Counted from the stretch's first letter, positions 1 through 12,372 are shown. The stretch: DNA of 64,000 bases from Chrysemys picta bellii (GCF_011386835.1 NC_088798.1:34534001-34598000), one strand, 5' to 3'. Numbers and translations are program-made. The notes: generated by a model from the sequence alone, not told the origin.

Positions 1-1059
1 AAAAAAAAAAAAAAAAAGATTAACAACAAACAAGACATTTCCACAGAAAATTACACCTTTAAAAGAGTCATATGAGTAATTCTGGCCTCAAATTCACAAG
101 CATTTTGACTTTTTAAATAACTGTCTAGAGAAAGTTAACCTGATGATATACATTTTGCATTATGCAACGCTTAGTACCACAACTAAGCGTTGGTGAAGAA
201 GCTCCATTATTCATCACTCATTTGCCTACCTATGCCTTTTGCAAACTAGCATCAGACTTTGCTTCCTCCTAGCAGAATCCTACTTCCTGAGATGTGTGCT
301 GTTGGAGGCCTCATACATATGCTTTTATGTCCAGCAACTGATTCCTAGGTTGTTGTTTTTCTGCTTTATACCTCTACACAGTCCTTTATTAAATCTGTCA
401 AAGTTAATTGTGATTTATTTATGTAACTGGACAGCTGAGAATGGCCTTAGTTCCAGCAATCTCCAGCTGCCAGAACAGCCTTATGGGCTGTCCTCTAGAA
501 CCACAAAGGTGGTATAAATCACTGTGAAGACACCAGATCCCACACCAACTGGAATTCTATCAGACCCAAGAATCAAGCTATCCTCTGGGCAAGCAACAAC
601 AACAACAAAAAACAAAACAAAAACAAAACCACACCACACCCAAAAAACACAAACTAAACCAAATGCTCTGAATCTAGTTCAATCTGGGTTTGGCAGGCTG
701 CCATAGGAAGCAGATTCCAAAGATGGAATTCCTTAACTCAGACAGCCATCCCTAGCTGCTGCCTGTTTAAGCCTAGGAACTGATCGCAAGAGCATCACAG
801 GGGATTGTAATTCCCACAATAAGGTACAGAGTCAACCTTTCAAAGAGCTTTGCCCCAGACCATTCATGGCTACACAGATTACCAACACCGTGAACTGGTA
901 CTAATAAATAAAAGTCAGTACAAAGACTTGGGTTCAAACATTATGTATTCATTGAAGCTTGTTCCACAGCAGGCAAATGCATTCTGCAATAGCAGGAACC
1001 TTCTGGCAGACAAAATATACTATGTTAAGGAGGCTACACTATCTAGAGTAGTCCTAAAC

Positions 1060-1484
1060 CAGTGGTCCCCAACGCGGTGCCCGTGGGTGCCCACCGGGGC
1101 ATTTATGTGCGCCCGCCTAATGCCCAGCAGGGGAGAGAAACCCGGCCCCGCACCTGACGGGGACAGAGAACTCAGGCTGCGGGCGCAGTGTTCTCTGTTC
1201 CTGGCAGGCGCGGGGCCCGCCTAGTGCCCAGCAGGGGAGAGAAGCTGGGGACTCCCGCCTGTTGGGGACAGAGTACTCCGGGGCTGCGGGGCCGGTGTTC
1301 TCTGTCCTCATGGCTTCTCTCTAGCTTCTCTCTTCATTCATATATTATGTAATATTAAATATGATGTTTTCCATATTATTTAATGTACAAATACAAAATA
1401 AGCCTTGAAAAATTGTTGGCGCCCGCTACACTCTTCTGAAAACATGAATGTGCTACTGGCCACAAAAAGGTTGGGGGACCACTA
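1060..1484. mobile_element. hAT-type MITE
   Basis: CAGTGGTCCCCAAC / GTTGGGGGACCACTA termini; 8-bp TSD TCCTAAAC. Confidence 0.85.
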
Positions 1485-2396
1485 TCCTAAACCTTCCTAA
1501 CCCAATGGTATCTATGCAACGATGCTTCAGCAGTCTAGCCTTGCAGTGCGAAGGCATGGATGACTGCTGCAAAGTCTGTATCGCATAGAAATACTTAAAA
1601 TCTCCTGGCTAGCACTAGATGATGAAAGGCACCGCAAGCCACTGCTGATATCTAAAAATTGATAATGAATCTAACAGAATTCGCCAGGCTCCGATTCCCA
1701 TTTGTCAACACACAGCCATTTTATTCTGAACAGCATGTGTCATACAGAGTGTATCCCAAAAGTCCCCCAATCAGTTAAATAGACAAAGAGTGAGAAAGCC
1801 ATGACAGAAGAAAGAAATGCAGAAGTGTGTCCAATTGTTTAAAACCCCCTCAGGTCCAGGGAGCCTTTCAACTGTTCCCTACCATAGTTTGGAGCTACAA
1901 CTAATACACAATACTTCACTTTCAAGCCGGTGGCGGCAGGCAATCGAACCGCTGGAGAAGGGGGCCAGCCCGCCTCAGCAACGCAGGCAGGAGAGCACCC
2001 ACCACCACCAGCATCTGCGGGGAAAACCAAGGGCCGGGGAGGGGGACACAGCACGGGCGGCTGCCACCCACCGGGACCACCCCAAGACGCCAGCGGGCCA
2101 TTCAGGCCCCCGTCAATCATTTCCAACAGGCCCATCAGCGGGGTATCTGGGCTGGGGTCACCCTCCGGGGGAGCGGTCAGGCGGAGCACCACTACCCGGC
2201 CCTGTGGCACAGCCCGCACCTCACCGCAGGCCCCCGGGGGCTCCAGGCCGTTCACCCGGGGTCGAGCTCTGGCCCTCTTAGGCAGAACGAGGGGAGTCGC
2301 TCGGCAGCCTCCGCCCGAGCCCGGCCCGCGGTGCGCACAGACCAGCCGGGCCCTGGCACGGGGCTTGCGGGCGCCTCCCGCTTCCTTCCTACCTAC

Positions 2397-2459
2397 CTCT
2401 GCCGCAGCCGGGGCAGCGGGCTCCGGCCCGCGCCGCGCAGCTCGCCGCGTGGCCACCAT
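2397..2459 (-). CDS. DNTTIP2: DNTTIP2 coding exon 1 (MVATRRAARRGPEPAAPAAAE); the rest of the gene lies left of the window
   Basis: ATG in good Kozak context (GAAGATGG) inside a CpG island; 63 nt exon followed by GAG|GTAGGT donor in phase 0; N-terminus resembles vertebrate MVVTR..; known synteny immediately downstream of GCLM on the same strand. Confidence 0.75.
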
Positions 2460-2560
2460 CTTCCCCCGCGTGCCGGAGTGTGCGCAGCGCCGCGCCCACC
2501 CGCCTCTTCCGGCCCCGGCCGCCGCGGAAAGAGCTCCGGCGGGACACAGCCGCCGCCGCG
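2460..2560 (-). promoter_or_regulatory. DNTTIP2 5'UTR/core promoter in a CpG island (about 1900-2560), with an ETS-type CCGGAAG motif
   Basis: GC/CpG-rich sequence; CTCTTCCGG near 2503 on + (CCGGAAGAG on -). Confidence 0.5.
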
Positions 2561-2647
2561 CAATGTGCTACTGGTAGCAGTTACTGATAAAAGTGCTGCC
2601 TGACGTAGCAAATGCCCACAGGTAGCAGTTTCTTGCACTACAATATG

Positions 2648-3470
2648 TAGGGTTACTATAAAAAAAAAAAACCCAAAAAAACAAAAAGAGGACACTCCAG
2701 GGGCCCCAACCCCGCCCCTTCCCCAAAGTCCCTGCCCTAACTCCGCCCCCTCCCCTGAACGCTCCGCCCCCGCTCCTTCCCCTCACCTGCTTCCCACGAA
2801 TCAAATGTTCGGGGCGGGAAACCTGAGGCAGGCAGGCAGCAGGTAGGCTGGGGCTGGGGTGCGGGCGTGGCCCAGTCCAGCCCCCCCCCCGGCTGAGCAG
2901 CTTCCTCTGGCGGCTGGTCCCAGCGTCTCCGGCCTGGCTCAGTTCTGGTCGAGCGGCTCCGGCCCTGGTTCCGGTTGAGCGGCTCCGGCCTGGCCCTGGC
3001 CGAGTGGTGCCGGCAGGCCTGCGGCCGAGCACCCCAGTCCCAGCGGCTCCGGCTCGGCTCGGCTCGGCCCTGGTTCTGGCCGAGCGACTCCGGCCCGGCC
3101 CTGGCCGAGTGGTGCCGGCCGGCGGCCGAGCACCCCCAGCGGCTCCAGCCCGGTTTGGGCCCCGGTTCCAGCCGAACGGCTCTGGCCCGGCCCCAGCCCT
3201 GGGCGAGCGGCGCTGGCCGGTGGGCGAGCACCTCCGACTCGGCTCGGGCCCTGGTTCTGTCTGAACAGCTCCGGCCCCGGCCCTGGCCGAGCAGCGCCGG
3301 CTGGCAGCCGAGCACCGCCAGCCCCAGCGGCTCTGGCTCCGGACCCAAGCCCCATGACCCCTCCCTATTTTCCCGGACATGTCCGGCTTTTTGGAATTTC
3401 CTCCCGGACGGGGATTTGAGGACCAAAAAGCTGGACATGTCTGGGAAAATCTGGACGTATGGTAACCCTA
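2648..3470. mobile_element. hAT (Blackjack-like TAGGG..CCCTA) non-autonomous element with GC-rich internal tandem repeats
   Basis: TAGGGTTAC / GTAACCCTA termini; flanking duplication CAATATG. Confidence 0.8.
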
Positions 3471-3578
3471 CAATATGTGTGAAATTGCTACGCATAGCAA
3501 TGTGCTATTGGTAGCAGTTATTCATACGTATAGCTTGTGAGAAACTGCTGCTGTAAAAAAATGCTACTTGATGTAGCA

Positions 3579-6160
3579 ACCTAAACCTCTCTTGCTGCAA
3601 TTTAAGCCCATTGCTTCTTGTCCTATCCTCAGAGGTTAAGGAGAACAATTCTTCTCCCTCTTCCTTGTGACAACCTTTTACGTACTTGAAAACTGTTATG
3701 TTTCAATCTTCCCTCATAGGTCATGTTTTCTAGACCATTTGTTGGTGTTGTTGCTCTTGGACTTTATCCAGTTTGTCCACATTTTCCTGAAATGTGGCAC
3801 CAAGAACTGGACACAATTCTCCAGTTGAGGCCTAATCAGTGCAGAGCAGAATAATTACTTCTTGTGCCTTGCTTACAATACTCTGCTAATACATCCCAGA
3901 ATCATAGTTGCCAACTCTGTCGGTGCTCCAGGGCTAGAGCACCCATGGGGAAAAATTAGTGGGTGCTCTGCACCCAACAGCAGCCAAGCTCCCCTCATCC
4001 GCCGCCCCACCTCCTCTTCCTCCCATGAGTGTGCCGCGTACCCGCTCCTCCGCCCACCTCCCAAGCGTTTCCCGCCTGGCGTTAGCATGCTCCGGGAAGG
4101 GGGAGAGGAGCGGGAATGTGGTGCGCTCAGGGGAGGAGGCGGGGCCAGGGTGGGGATTTGGGTAAGGGGTTGGAATGGGGGTGGGGAAGGGATGAGAAGA
4201 GGTGTGGCAAGGGTGGGGCCTCATGGAAGGGATGGAGTGGGGGTGTGGCCGGGGGCAAAGGGGGGGGTCGAGCAACCATGGGAAAGAGGGGAAGTCGTCG
4301 CCTATGCCCAGAATGATGTTCAGTTATTTTACAGCAGCGTTACACTGTTTACTCATATTCAGCTTGTGGTCCACTATGACCCCTAGATCTCTTTCCGCAG
4401 TACTCCTTCCTAGGAAGTCATTTCCTGTTTTGTATGCATGCAGCTGATTGTTCCTTCCTAAGTGGAGTACTTTGCATTAGTCCTTATTGAATTTTATCCT
4501 ATTTACTTCAGACTATTTCTCCAGTTTGTCCAGATCATTTTGAATTTTCATCCTATCCTCCCAAGCACTTGCAATCCCTTCCAGCTTGGTATCATCCACA
4601 AACATTATAAGTGTACTCTCTATGCCATTATTTAAATAATTGATTAAGATTTTGAATAGAAACATATCCAGAACCAATCCCTGCAGAACCGCACTTGTTA
4701 TGCCCTTCCAGCCTGACTGTGAACCACTGATAACTACTCTCTGGGAGCTGTTTTCCAACCAGTTTTGCACCCACCTTATTGAAGTTCCATCTAGGTTGCA
4801 TTTCCCTAGTTTATTTATGAGACGGTCATGGGAGACAGTATCAAAAACTTTACTAACGGCAAGATAGGTCATGTCGACCACTTCCTCACATCCACAAGGC
4901 TTCTTACCCTGTCAAAGAAAACTATCAGGTTGGTTTGACATGATTTGTTCTGGCAAATCCATGCTGGCTGTTACGTATCACCTTATTTTATTCTAGATGT
5001 TTGCAAACTGATTGCTTTATTATTTGCTCCATTATCTTTCCAGGTACACAAGTTAAGATGACTGGTCTGTAATTCCCCATGTTGTCCTTATTTCCCTTTT
5101 TATAGATGGGTACTATATTTGCCCTTTTCCAGTCTTCTGGAATCTCTCCCATCTTCCATGACTTTTCAAAGATAATTGCTAATGGCTAAGATATCTCCTC
5201 AGTCAGCTCCTTGAGTATTCTAGGACACATTTCATCAGGCCTTGGTGACTTGAAGACATCTAATTTGTATAAGTAATTTTTAACTTGTTCTTTTCCTATT
5301 TTTGCCTCTAGTCCTACCTCATTTTCACTATGGCATTCACTGTTGGGCATCCAATCGCCACCAACCTTCTTGGAGAAAACAGAAACAAAAAAGCCATTAA
5401 GCACCTCTTCCATTTTCACATTTTCTGTTATTGTTTTCCCCCCTCGTTGAGTAACAGGCCTACCCTGTCCTTGGTTTTCCTCTTGCTTCTAATGTATTTT
5501 AAGAATGTTTTCTTGTTTCCCTTTATGTCTCGAGCTAGTTTGATCTCACTGTGTGCCTTGGCCTTTCTAATTTTGTCCCTACATATTTGTGTTATTTGTT
5601 TATATTTATCCTTTGTAATTTATCCTAATTTCCACTTTTTGTAGGACTCTTTTGATTTTTAGATCATTGAAGATCTCCTGGTTAAGTCAGGGTGGTCTCT
5701 TGCCATACTTCCTATCTTTCCTACACACTGATATACTTTGCTCTTGCGCCCTTAATAATGTCTCTTTGAAAAACTGCCAGTGGTCTTCAGTTGCTTTTCC
5801 CCTTAGAATTGCTTCCCCTGGGAACTTACCTTCTAACTCCCTGAGTTTGCTAAAGTCTGCCTTCTTGAAATACATTGTCTTTATTTTGCTGTTCTCCCTC
5901 CTACCGTTCCCTAGAATCATGAACTCTATAATTTCATGATCACTGTCACCCAAGCTGCCTTCTGCTTTCAAATTCTCAACCAGTTCCTCACTATTTGTCA
6001 AAATCAAATCTAGAACAGCCTCTTCCCTAGTACCTTTCTCCACCTTCTGAAATAATTTTTTTCTCTAATACATTCCAAAAACTTGTTGGATAATCTGTGC
6101 CCTGCTGTGTTATTTTCTCAACAGATGTCTGGGTAGTTGAAGTCCCCCATCACCACCAAG
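3579..6160 (-). mobile_element. CR1 LINE ORF2 fragment (endonuclease to RT), degenerate, interrupted by a hAT MITE
   Basis: [31 protein letters not shown] and FVDDTKL motifs across broken frames; 3' tail missing. Confidence 0.9.
3903..4306. mobile_element. hAT-type MITE inside CR1
   Basis: CATAG..CTATG termini; 8-bp TSD CCCAGAAT. Confidence 0.85.
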
Positions 6161-6870
6161 AATATAAGGTTGTTCTTATTTGCTGACTTGTCCTAATTTG
6201 CTAAAAACTGCTATCAGATGTAGCTAATTCCTACAGATAGCAGTTTCTCACACTCTAAGGTGTGGGAAACTGCTACCTGTAGGAATTTGCTATCTGTAGT
6301 AGGTAGTGAATTGTTAAAATTAGCAGTTACTGGTACATATGGTTGTTTTTATGTGCCTACTTGTCCTAATTTGCTAAAACTTGACAGTGGTGTGGGATGG
6401 AAGCATAAAGAGTTCAGCTTCCAAACAACCCTGCCTGGATTCATTGTGGTGGGACACGGGACGTGTGGAGGATAATTTAAAATCTTAATTTCGTTAGGGT
6501 TCACCTTCAATATACTTCTATGCTGGTACAATCTCTGACCATTACAGTTCATCAACTCAGCAGGTAAGCACAGGCAGCAAAGTACCTGTCCTGTTGCCTT
6601 CTGATCTCAGAGGGTAGATTCCAGCAAACTCCTGGAGTAATCTCTCATTGGAGATATGGTGCATGTTTCTCATACCCCATTTTGTGTTTCTTACCATCAT
6701 GCCATCTTTATTTAATTAATTTATTTATTTATTTATTGCAAGTCACATAATTGCAGTATAAGCAGTAGTCCTCCATGCTCTCTGAAAAAAATCATTAAAA
6801 TGTTGTCAAATGATGGTTACATTCTGACCAAAACTGTAAGTAGAAATCTTGATTTATTCATTACTGTCAA

Positions 6871-7509
6871 TTACTCCAAAAAATTAACTTGTTTGAAATA
6901 CTTTTCCATTTTTGGAGGGGTCATCGTTTGGATTGGATCACTGCTTGGAACGTCTGCCAAAAAACAGTCCTCTTCGTCCGTGTCTGTGATCTCCACATTT
7001 ATCACTTGGCTGTTGTGAGGCTTGTGAGATACTTCGCCTCCTATTTCTCCTACCTCTTCTGAGGTGACTTTTTTCATAGTGTCATCCACAGCAGTTTCCA
7101 TTTCCATGTTTTCCTATCATCTGTTTTCAGCAGGTAATGTTGGAGGCTCTTCAAATAGTTTTAAGTGGGAGATACTGTACATAGATCCTAAAAGTTTCCC
7201 TGAGATGGTTTCTAATTTAACTCTTTTACCCTCCACAGCGGTGACTTTGTATGGTCCACGGTAGGTGGGTTGCAGCAGCCCTCCCTTTCTTCTTTTCCTT
7301 CTCGCATGCAGTAACATGACACTGTCCCCAACCTCGAATGTTATTTTCCCATGTTTACGAGTCTTAGTTTTGGCATACTGTATCTGTTGTTTTTCTTGTG
7401 CTTTAGAAATATTAGTAAGAGCCAGTTCAATGTCAGCAGCATGTCTAGATTCCATATTTATGATGTACTCTTTGTAGAATTGTTCACTGAGTTCCTCAAA
7501 ATCTGTTGG
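6871..7509 (-). pseudogene. Ginger/GIN integrase exon D with GPY/F module (FEVGDSV..YRGPYKV); the frame continues past TGA-TAG into an acidic tail
   Basis: aag acceptor at 7510; ORFs 7117-7551 and 6871-7107 are in the same frame. Confidence 0.8.
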
Positions 7510-7603
7510 CTTTGTAAACAAATGGAGGAGTTGTGTTTGTAAAATGAACAATCACAGAATGACATATGCACCTGAAAGCTGATGGTTCTTTAAAGACACC
7601 TAC

Positions 7604-7769
7604 CATGTCATTTTCTGAGACTTGGTCTGGGAATGTTGCTTCAAAGCCATACAGTAGTTGAAAGAGAGACATTTTGGTTGTGTTTGGTTTTGATTGCAAA
7701 GGAAATAAAATGTCACCAAGAAATTCATTCCAATTACTCCCAGTGTCATCAACCAACTTCTGCAATGCT
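7604..7769 (-). pseudogene. Ginger/GIN integrase exon C (RALQKLVDD..WNEFL..LLYGFEATFP)
   Basis: ttacag acceptor in phase 2 completes the Arg codon; GTAGGT donor. Confidence 0.85.
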
Positions 7770-8011
7770 CTGTAACAAATGGTGATGGATTATTTGTGGA
7801 GGGAGGGGAAAGGACTGTCTTTACTGAGAGAAATTGTACACAATCCAAAAGGCGTAAAGAGGCCATCCTAGTTTATTGGTACAATTACTTTTTCTTGAAA
7901 TAAAAGACAAGTAGACTTGCAATGTACTAAAATTTTGAAGCAGTTTGTAGCTTCTGTCATAGTGCATTCTCCTTGCTATTAACATTGTAATTTTCCCAGC
8001 TGTAAAATTAC

Positions 8012-8118
8012 CTTTTGATGGATTTGTTTGTGTTTTCAGCCAATCCATTGGTTTGTGGGTGGTATGGGCTGGTGAAGCTACGCTGTATTCCCAATTTTTT
8101 GCAAATGTCTAGGTTATA
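8012..8118 (-). pseudogene. Ginger/GIN integrase exon B (YNLDICKKLGIQRSFTSPYHPQTNGLAENTNKSIK)
   Basis: tttcag acceptor and GTAATT donor (phase 2); YHPQTNGLAE catalytic E motif. Confidence 0.9.
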
Positions 8119-8388
8119 CTGAAAGAAAAAAAATTATGCCATAAACTTACCTTTGGACAGGTTTGGTGGGTAAAAAGAACCCAAAGAATAAAATGTTATA
8201 GCAACCCGGCTGGGGTGACCACCAGTAATCCTTGCAAAGTTGAGTGGGAGTTCATAGAAACTTGTCAGCAAAAATGCCCATAAAGAAAAACTCACCAGGG
8301 CAATGAAGCCCATGTTCACTGTCAGCTATCTGTGATCTGAAAGTGGTTGAAAACATAGTCGAAAACAACCTCAGAAAAAAGTATTTAC

Positions 8389-8624
8389 CTCATTATTGAA
8401 TTCTGGCCCACGATCTGTCAGTATACGCTGTGGACATCCAAGTTGCTGTATAATTTTGTACATTTTTTTTTTGACACCTCAGACACCAACTTATTTCAAA
8501 GTGGAAATGCTTCAACCCATCTTGTAAGATAGTATGTGGCTGTCAGTATATACCAGTATCCCTCCTTTGTTGCCGGTAATGGCCCTATTAAATCCATTCC
8601 CACCAATTCAGAGGGCCGACTGAC
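8389..8624 (-). pseudogene. Ginger/GIN integrase exon A (..LVGMDLIGPLP..WVEAFPL*..ILTDRGPEFNNE)
   Basis: cag acceptor and GTAAAT donor; first two catalytic D residues; one TGA stop and a frameshift in the A10 run near 8463-8472. Confidence 0.85.
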
Positions 8625-8919
8625 CTGTATGCAAGGGAACTGGTTGGAGTCATACTTTGGATTTCTCTTATTTCATATTCTCAATAAGCCCAGGAAAAGT
8701 ATGAGGGTAGACTAAGATTCATTCGGGTGTTTAGGCTCCAGCTTTGGTGGAATTGGCCATACTGCACCCTAAAGGCTCAGGAACAAAGAGGCACATAAGA
8801 ACAAAATATCATTTATTTATTAAAATGTCTTGACAGCAGGGTGTATAACTCATGTTTTTAGAATTTTTGTGGTTGTCAAGGTATCTTGGGGTTGTAGATG
8901 TGTGTTCATTATGTTTTGA

Positions 8920-9190
8920 AAGCCAAAACTATGAATGGGTTCAACAAAGAATTAGATCGGTCCCTCAGGATAGGTGCATCAGCTATTAGCCAAGATAATC
9001 AGGGATGCAGCTCCATGCTCTGCGTCTCCCTAAACCGTCCTCTTACTGCCAGATGCTGGGAGTGGACAATGGGATGGTTCACTCAGTGATTGCCTGTTCT
9101 GTTCATTCCCTTAGAAGCACCTGGCACTGGCCGCTGCCAGAAGACAGGATACTGGACTAGACGGACTATTTGTCTGACCCACTATGGCAG
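8920..9190 (+). mobile_element. CR1 3'-end fragment
   Basis: CR1-type 3'UTR sequence ending ...ggcagttctaacgttc. Confidence 0.6.
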
Positions 9191-9523
9191 TTCTAACGTT
9201 CAGCAAAAATTACAATAGATTTTTGCCTTTGAGAAAGATGTTATAGGAGATAGTATACTGCCTTTATTGAATATTTGAGAATAAAGTTGTACACACAAGC
9301 AGTGGATTGAGAGGCAAAAGAGTGGAAGTCAGATGATCCAACAGAATAAACATCTGCTCTAAAAATAAGAAGAAAAAATTAGAATTAAAAATTCAGGGAA
9401 TCCCAGCAGCAGATAAGACAACTTGGGAAACTGCTGTGAGACTCTATGCAATCAGATACAGTGATAAGGGATTCTTTGTTTCTGAGGGTATATATGTAAA
9501 ATGTTTCACTGAATTAAGTCTCA

Positions 9524-9739
9524 GGGATTATCTACCCTGGCAAATTAAAGTGCTCTAGCTTGCTGGCTCAGGGGTGTGAAAAATCCTTCCCCCTGAGCGC
9601 AGCAAATTTGAGTGCTTTGAAGTGCTTGTGTGGACAGGCTCGGCTCCCAATGCTTGGAGCTAATCCCCTCGTCGAGGTGGATTACCAGAAGCATTGGCAC
9701 CTGCGGCAGCGCTTTGAACTTTGTAGTGTAGACATAGCC
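9524..9739. mobile_element. Harbinger-type MITE
   Basis: Right end TAGTGTAGACATAGCC followed by TTA; degenerate left TIR. Confidence 0.65.
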
Positions 9740-10584
9740 TTAGTGGGTTAGATCAGACAAAGAGGAGCAGCATTGACTAGGCATTGAGATGCCTGTGCCT
9801 TTAAGAACTCAGCCCTGGGAAGCCTATGCTGAGAGGTGCTGTCTGTGAGAGGGGAACTAAAAATGCCCCTTTGCCCCACACCATTTTTGCAAACTCTGGT
9901 GTCTCAGTCCCACTGGGGTAACTGTTAGTCCCTCTCCCCCTGCCTGTGCCTCACCCAAGCTTAACTCCTGCTTCTCCCCCCCCAGCCCTGATTTTGCCCT
10001 TCGACCCCTCTCCTAATCCTGCATCCAGCTGCTTGACACTCCTGACCAGTCAATTTTTGCCCCTGATCAGATCTTGACCACCCCCCTCATCCATTTTGTC
10101 CCCTTTGCCATCCCTGTAAAATGCAGTCAGCAGATTACTATGCACAGTTAGGGCAGGGTGAAGAGTGGTGGCTTCAGCAGATGAACTGAGCATGCTCAGT
10201 ACACCCTAAGTAGCACATTCCTAGAGGGAGCAATTTAATACACTGGAGATGTTGGGACACCTGGGGGCTTGGCCCCACCTCTGCCGACTACTCAGTGTCA
10301 GGGTGGGCCCATCCTCATGGAGTCTGGGGCCATATGGGAGCCTTAATCCGCAGCTGGGGGACTCCTGTTCACACAGATCACCTCAGCATCGTTCAGCACA
10401 TTTCAGGCGCCCCTGGCTGCAGGGAAAAGCCCAAGCAGGGGAGCCCCGAGTGGCCAGCGCCTGTGGTGCTGGTTTGCAAAGCCGCTCGCAGGGTGTTTGG
10501 AGTAGCCCCACAGCTGGTTCCTGATGGCCGGGGACTGGGCCTCTGAAGGTTCTACGGCAGCCCGCTCAGCCCAGCCAACGGGTG

Positions 10585-12372
10585 TCATAGAATCATAGAA
10601 AATTAGGGTTGGAAGAGACCTGAGGTGGTCATCTAGTCCAACCCCCTGCTCAAAGCAGGACCAACCCCAACTAAATCATCCCAGCCAGGGCTTTGTCAAG
10701 CCAGGCCTTAAAAACCTCTAAGAATGGAGATTCCACCACCTCCCTAGGTAACCCATTCCAGGGCTTCACCACCCTTCTAGTAAAATAGTGTTTCCTAATA
10801 TCCAACCTAGACCTCCCCCACTGCAACTTGAGACCATTACTCCTTGTTCTGCTATTGCCACCACAGAGAACAGCTGAGCTCCATCCTCTTTGGAATAAAG
10901 GCTGCTATCAAATCCTCCCTTCTCTTCTGCAGACTAAACAAGTCCAGTTCCCTCAGCCGCTCCTTGTAAGTCATGTGCCTCAGCCCCCTGATAATTTTCA
11001 TCAGTGCCGGGTCTACAATGGCACCAGTGAGCCAGGCCCATGCTCAGAAGGGGTCCCAGCCTTCTCTGCTTGCACTGCACCCTGAGACAGGGTGACCAGG
11101 TAGCAACTGTGAAAAAACAGAACAGGGGGTGGGGGGTAATAGGCACCTATATAAGAAAAAGTCCCCAAAAAGGGACTGTCCCTTTAAAAACAGGACATCT
11201 GGTTACCCTAGCCCTGAGACCCCACCAGCCCACTGGCTCCCCCCACCCTGCCCACCACTTGCTCCTCTCAGCCTGCCTGAAGAGGGCTCCTTTTCACTCC
11301 CTGGCTCTCTGCCCCCCTGGCCAGATCCCAGTGCACCTCCGGCTCCAGGCAGTCTCTGCTTTCCACCACCCGGGGCCCCACCTGACTCCCTAGAACTGAG
11401 CTGCTTGGGACTGGTGCAGAAGCCTGGCCAGTCTCAGCCAGTTGGGGGTGGGGGGAGACAGCATGGGAAGGCTTGGCTGGGCCCCTCCAGGCAAGTGGGT
11501 CCTGAGGGAGGCTGGCTGGGGCAGGCCCTGGCCTGGCTGATCGCACCACTCCCAGGGTCAGAGCGATTCCCTGGCTCGGGAACTACACTTGCAGCTCAGC
11601 CTGGCAGACAGTTGCCTCCCAGCAGGGTCGGTGAATGTGGCTGGGAGGCAGGGCATAGGGGATGGGGTGCTGGGCAGGGGTAGTGTTGTGCAGGGTGCTG
11701 TGCATTTGTGACAGGATCTGGGGGGGGGGGGCGCAGGGCAGAGTGGGTCCAGGGGGGGCTCTGTCCATAGGGTATCAGAGGGCTGTTCCAGTGTTGGATG
11801 GGGGGGGCGCGCCTCTGTGGCATGGCATATGCCCACCCGCAAGGGGAAGGGGCATGCTGGCAGCACAGGGCTGCGCAGGCCACTGTCCGTATGGCAGCTG
11901 CCAGTTTGTAAATAGTGCCCTCGCACTGGGTTGGGCGGAGGAGGTCTGCTCATGCCACGCTCCACTGCCCCCATGGGGGCCCACAAAAGGTTAATCCGAC
12001 CCTGATTTTCATTGCCCTCTGCTGGACTCTCTCCAATTTGTCCACATCCTTTCTGTAGTGGGGGGCCCAAAACTGGACGCAATACTCAAGATGTGGCCTC
12101 ACCAGCGAGGGGAATAATCACTTCCCTCAATCTGCTGGCAATGCTTCTACTCATGCATCCCAATATACCATTAACTGCCCTGGCAGCAAGGGCACACTGC
12201 TGACTCATATCCAGCTTCTCATCCACTGTAATCCCCAGCTCCTTTTCTGCAGAACTGCAGCTTTGCCAGTCGGTCCCCAGCCTGTAGTGGTGCATGGGAT
12301 TCTTTTGTCCTAAGTGCAGGACTCTGCACTTGTCCTTGTTGAACCTCATCAGATTTCTTTTGTCCCAATCCA
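10585..12372 (-). mobile_element. CR1 3' fragment split by a nested hAT element
   Basis: CATAGAAT tail repeat at 10585; RT C-terminal peptide RFNKDKCRVLHLG; sequence resumes after 12004. Confidence 0.85.
11002..12004. mobile_element. hAT-type element inside CR1, containing a smaller CAGGGTGACC..GGTTACCCTA MITE (about 11088-11210)
   Basis: 8-bp TSD ATTTTCAT at 10994-11001 and 12005-12012. Confidence 0.8.

Larger units (their letters stand above)
6161..8810 (-). mobile_element. Decayed Ginger/GIN-type DNA transposon (Gypsy-like integrase with introns)
   Basis: Four integrase exons; related inverted repeat at both sides (TGTTCTTAT(T/G)TGC at 6171 vs revcomp ending 8803); true termini and TSD not resolved. 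Confidence 0.7.

Noticed and set aside
1817-3514. Many overlapping 150-270 aa ORFs on both strands
   Set aside because: Pro/Gly/Ala/Arg-rich readings of the DNTTIP2 CpG island and GC-rich MITE tandem repeats; no domain signal; only the 21-codon exon is supported by splice signals
6380-6870. Possible C-terminal Ulp1/OTU protease exons of the Ginger element
   Set aside because: Some splice-like signals exist, but I could not read any catalytic His/Asp/Cys motif
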